Source of the DNA: Takakia lepidozioides
Lineage: Eukaryota > Plantae > Bryophyta
Length of the DNA: 64,000 nucleotides
Assembly: GCA_030704615.1 (NCBI GenBank)
Contig: CM060733.1
Location: forward strand, 53,568,001 to 53,632,000
Reading direction: 5' to 3'
The position numbers were made by a program, and so were the translations under genes. Positions 61,594-64,000 of this stretch are shown here, one piece after another (position 1 is the first letter of the stretch; every line of letters begins with the position of its first letter). The notes below the pieces were generated by a model. It did not search any database. It was not told the DNA's origin and saw only the letters and a program-made list of their open reading frames with translations.

Positions 61594-64000
61594 CTATGTA
61601 GATGCTGTGGGCCGTTTAGAGAGCTTCGTGTGCTCAGGTCTATGTAGGGACTCATAGTCAAGGTGCACATAAGCTCGTTCCACCTCGGATAAATCCTCTA
61701 GCTTATTTTGCAAGGTTTCCCCTATGTTGTGTGCCTCCCGCAGTGACATCTCTTCGGGTAGCTCTATATCCACCTGATTCACCTCATCCAAGCCCAGATG
61801 TCACTTGCCAACCCAAGGTCAAGTGCAAAATAATCCTTTACACTTGAGCTGTGACCTGACTACAACACGTGAAATTAATGGAGTGGCAGACGACATGTGT
61901 ATAAATGAGCATGCTCAAACATCTCAAAGGGAAGAAAGAGAGGGATAAAGATAGAGAGAATATACTCATTCATATTTCCCTGCAACTGTTGAGATATTAG
62001 TCCCCTACCATGAAGAGCTTCATCCTAAAGCCAGTTGTAGGGTTCCAATCCACCAGGATAGATGCCCAAATTGCAGCAGCTGACAACAATTCCGTTACAG
62101 TGAGTGAGTGAGTGTTGTTTTAGGGGCAGGCATTGTGGTACTAGGACCGTGTAATGCAGAGTACAAGTTCAAACTTCATTTTGAAAGGTAAGTGAGACCG
62201 ATAATTAGGACATCTCCAAGGTAGAAGAGAAGGTCTTCACAAGAAGATCATTACAACTGCAGCCTTGTATCTTAGACAGTTAACTTTAGAGTACAAGTCA
62301 AATCAACCATTTCTTGAATAACAGTTACTAGATGGTGCTAAGATTCCCACCGACTGGTCATTGCTAGTGCTTAAGACTATTGGTGGGTTCCAAAAACTGT
62401 GCCAACATATTGAGTTTCTTCCATCATTCCGGAAAGGCAATGGGAAGCCTCACGCCAGAATCTGAGTGGCACTAGGAGAAGAGAAACAGATAGGGGACCT
62501 AACTAAACCAAAGTGGTCATACTTAAAAGTGTCAGTCTGTTTTTCCCTCCTGTCGCTCTAGCTTGGAGGTTTGGCACTCTGATGGGAAAGAGCACAAGAA
62601 AGAGCGAAAGAAAGGACAGAGGGAGGAGCTCTCAACATCAGTGAAAGCTCAAAGGGTTTATGAAACAGTAATCCATAACAAACAAAAGGTCTGCAAACGA
62701 ATCGTTGGACGGAGGTAAAGGGTCGTGTGAAGGTAACTTGATTAGTATTTTTGAGCCTCAAACTAAATGCCTCCTATGCCAGTGGTCAATGTTAGTAAAT
62801 GCGAGGTGGTAGTCTTCAGTGATAGGGGGGAGGGAGGGGGGATCTCAAATGGACATAGGGCAGTGAAGAGATCCATGTGCTCCCTTCCTACACATATCGT
62901 GGTCGAGTTCTCCTAGGATGCCCATGTACAAAAAGTGGTTCAAACAGTTAAATGCAAAGCGTTAGGTCTCACTCAATTTTCCACTGCAGAGGGAATACTG
63001 AAGTTGAAAAGACCATGCTTTGCAATGTTATTAGGCTACCTTGGAGTATGCATTTGCCATGTGGGAGGGCAACTCCAACCATGCTAAAACTTTAGAAGCC
63101 CACCCTAAACCTTCCCAATGCCCTCAGAAAGATGGAGATAAAGTGGCAGGCAAGTAATTGGGCATTCTATCATCGTGGAGGACCAAGAATGTCTCCCGAT
63201 AGAACTGCAGCTTTGTTGTAAGATTGACTGATTCCAGGTCCGCCTAACATGAAGTTCCATCAGCTCCTGCCTCATGAGTTTGTTGCAGCTGTGTTTGGAA
63301 GAAATTTTCAAACCTTCCATATCCAGAATGTCCACGTGCATGGACATAGTAGAAGACCAAGCAAAGACAATATGAGCCACAGGGAGAAACACAACTTAAT
63401 AACGTCCTTAGAAAATAAACCTCCACACTCAAACAGTTTCCATTCGGAGCAGTAAGTTAAAGTCACACACCTCCACAAAGTAAAGACTTCCAAATGTGTA
63501 GGCGCGCACGGTATCGAGGCGTCGGATCTCATGGTGGTGGTTAAGTGCCATGTATGTGACTTTCTGTATGAACTCAGGGGGTGCTGCTTGCCCAATCAAG
63601 GATGCTGCATCCACAATTAAATAACGCTCTTCAAGACCCCCATGCTATAAGCAAGAATTGAGGGACAAATCGGTAAGACTAATGACATTTTACAGGTGAC
63701 TGGGAAGAAACGGAAGGTCTTTTGCATCTGCTAGACACAGTTTATCATGAAACTGACGACAATCACCTAAGTCAGAAGAAGCCTTTGGAAACTGATGAGA
63801 GCAGGGCTATGCGTGTTTTCCAATCAAAGAAATCAACAATTAGAACGAAATTTCAACAAAAGGATGATCATCACCAATGGCAACATGAGTCTTGGTCGAG
63901 ATAACTAGTCCAATTTTTAATATGGAGGCGTTTAGAAGGATACCAGCATTTTCCAGCACAGTTTTGGACCATTGAAAGATGGTATAGATGGCAATGAGGA
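61594..64000 (-). CDS. Metal tolerance protein (Mn-CDF, MTP8-11 group), last exons; the gene continues beyond the window
   Basis: [18 protein letters not shown] | [44 protein letters not shown] | [48 protein letters not shown]...*. Confidence 0.93.

Overview
Eukaryotic, intron-rich DNA from a plant, most likely a non-seed land plant (inferred from gene and TE content). Apparently intact host genes: a GH5 endo-beta-mannanase (+), an ASY4-like meiotic axis gene (-), a CA1P-phosphatase-like phosphoglycerate mutase (-), an AAED1-like AhpC/TSA protein (-), the 3' end of an Mn-CDF/MTP transporter (-), and an intronless, bacterial-looking secreted HNH-like gene (+). About two thirds of the window is TE-derived. 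The highlights are: (1) a decayed Ty3/gypsy element carrying a DNMT3-like C5 cytosine methyltransferase between protease and RT, with its protease segment inverted; (2) a ~7 kb train of co-oriented, intron-containing host gene fragments (E2F, EDR2, FAHD1, Ca2+-ATPase); (3) a non-L1 LINE family whose two insertions share the target AGA^AAGG; (4) a GCM-like/MULE transposase head-to-head with a ParB/Srx-like (DGNHR) gene; (5) a near full-length L1-type LINE with an unusually long ORF1 region and a nested solo LTR; and (6) the candidate horizontally acquired HNH gene. All family assignments come from motif recognition by eye; no searches were run.
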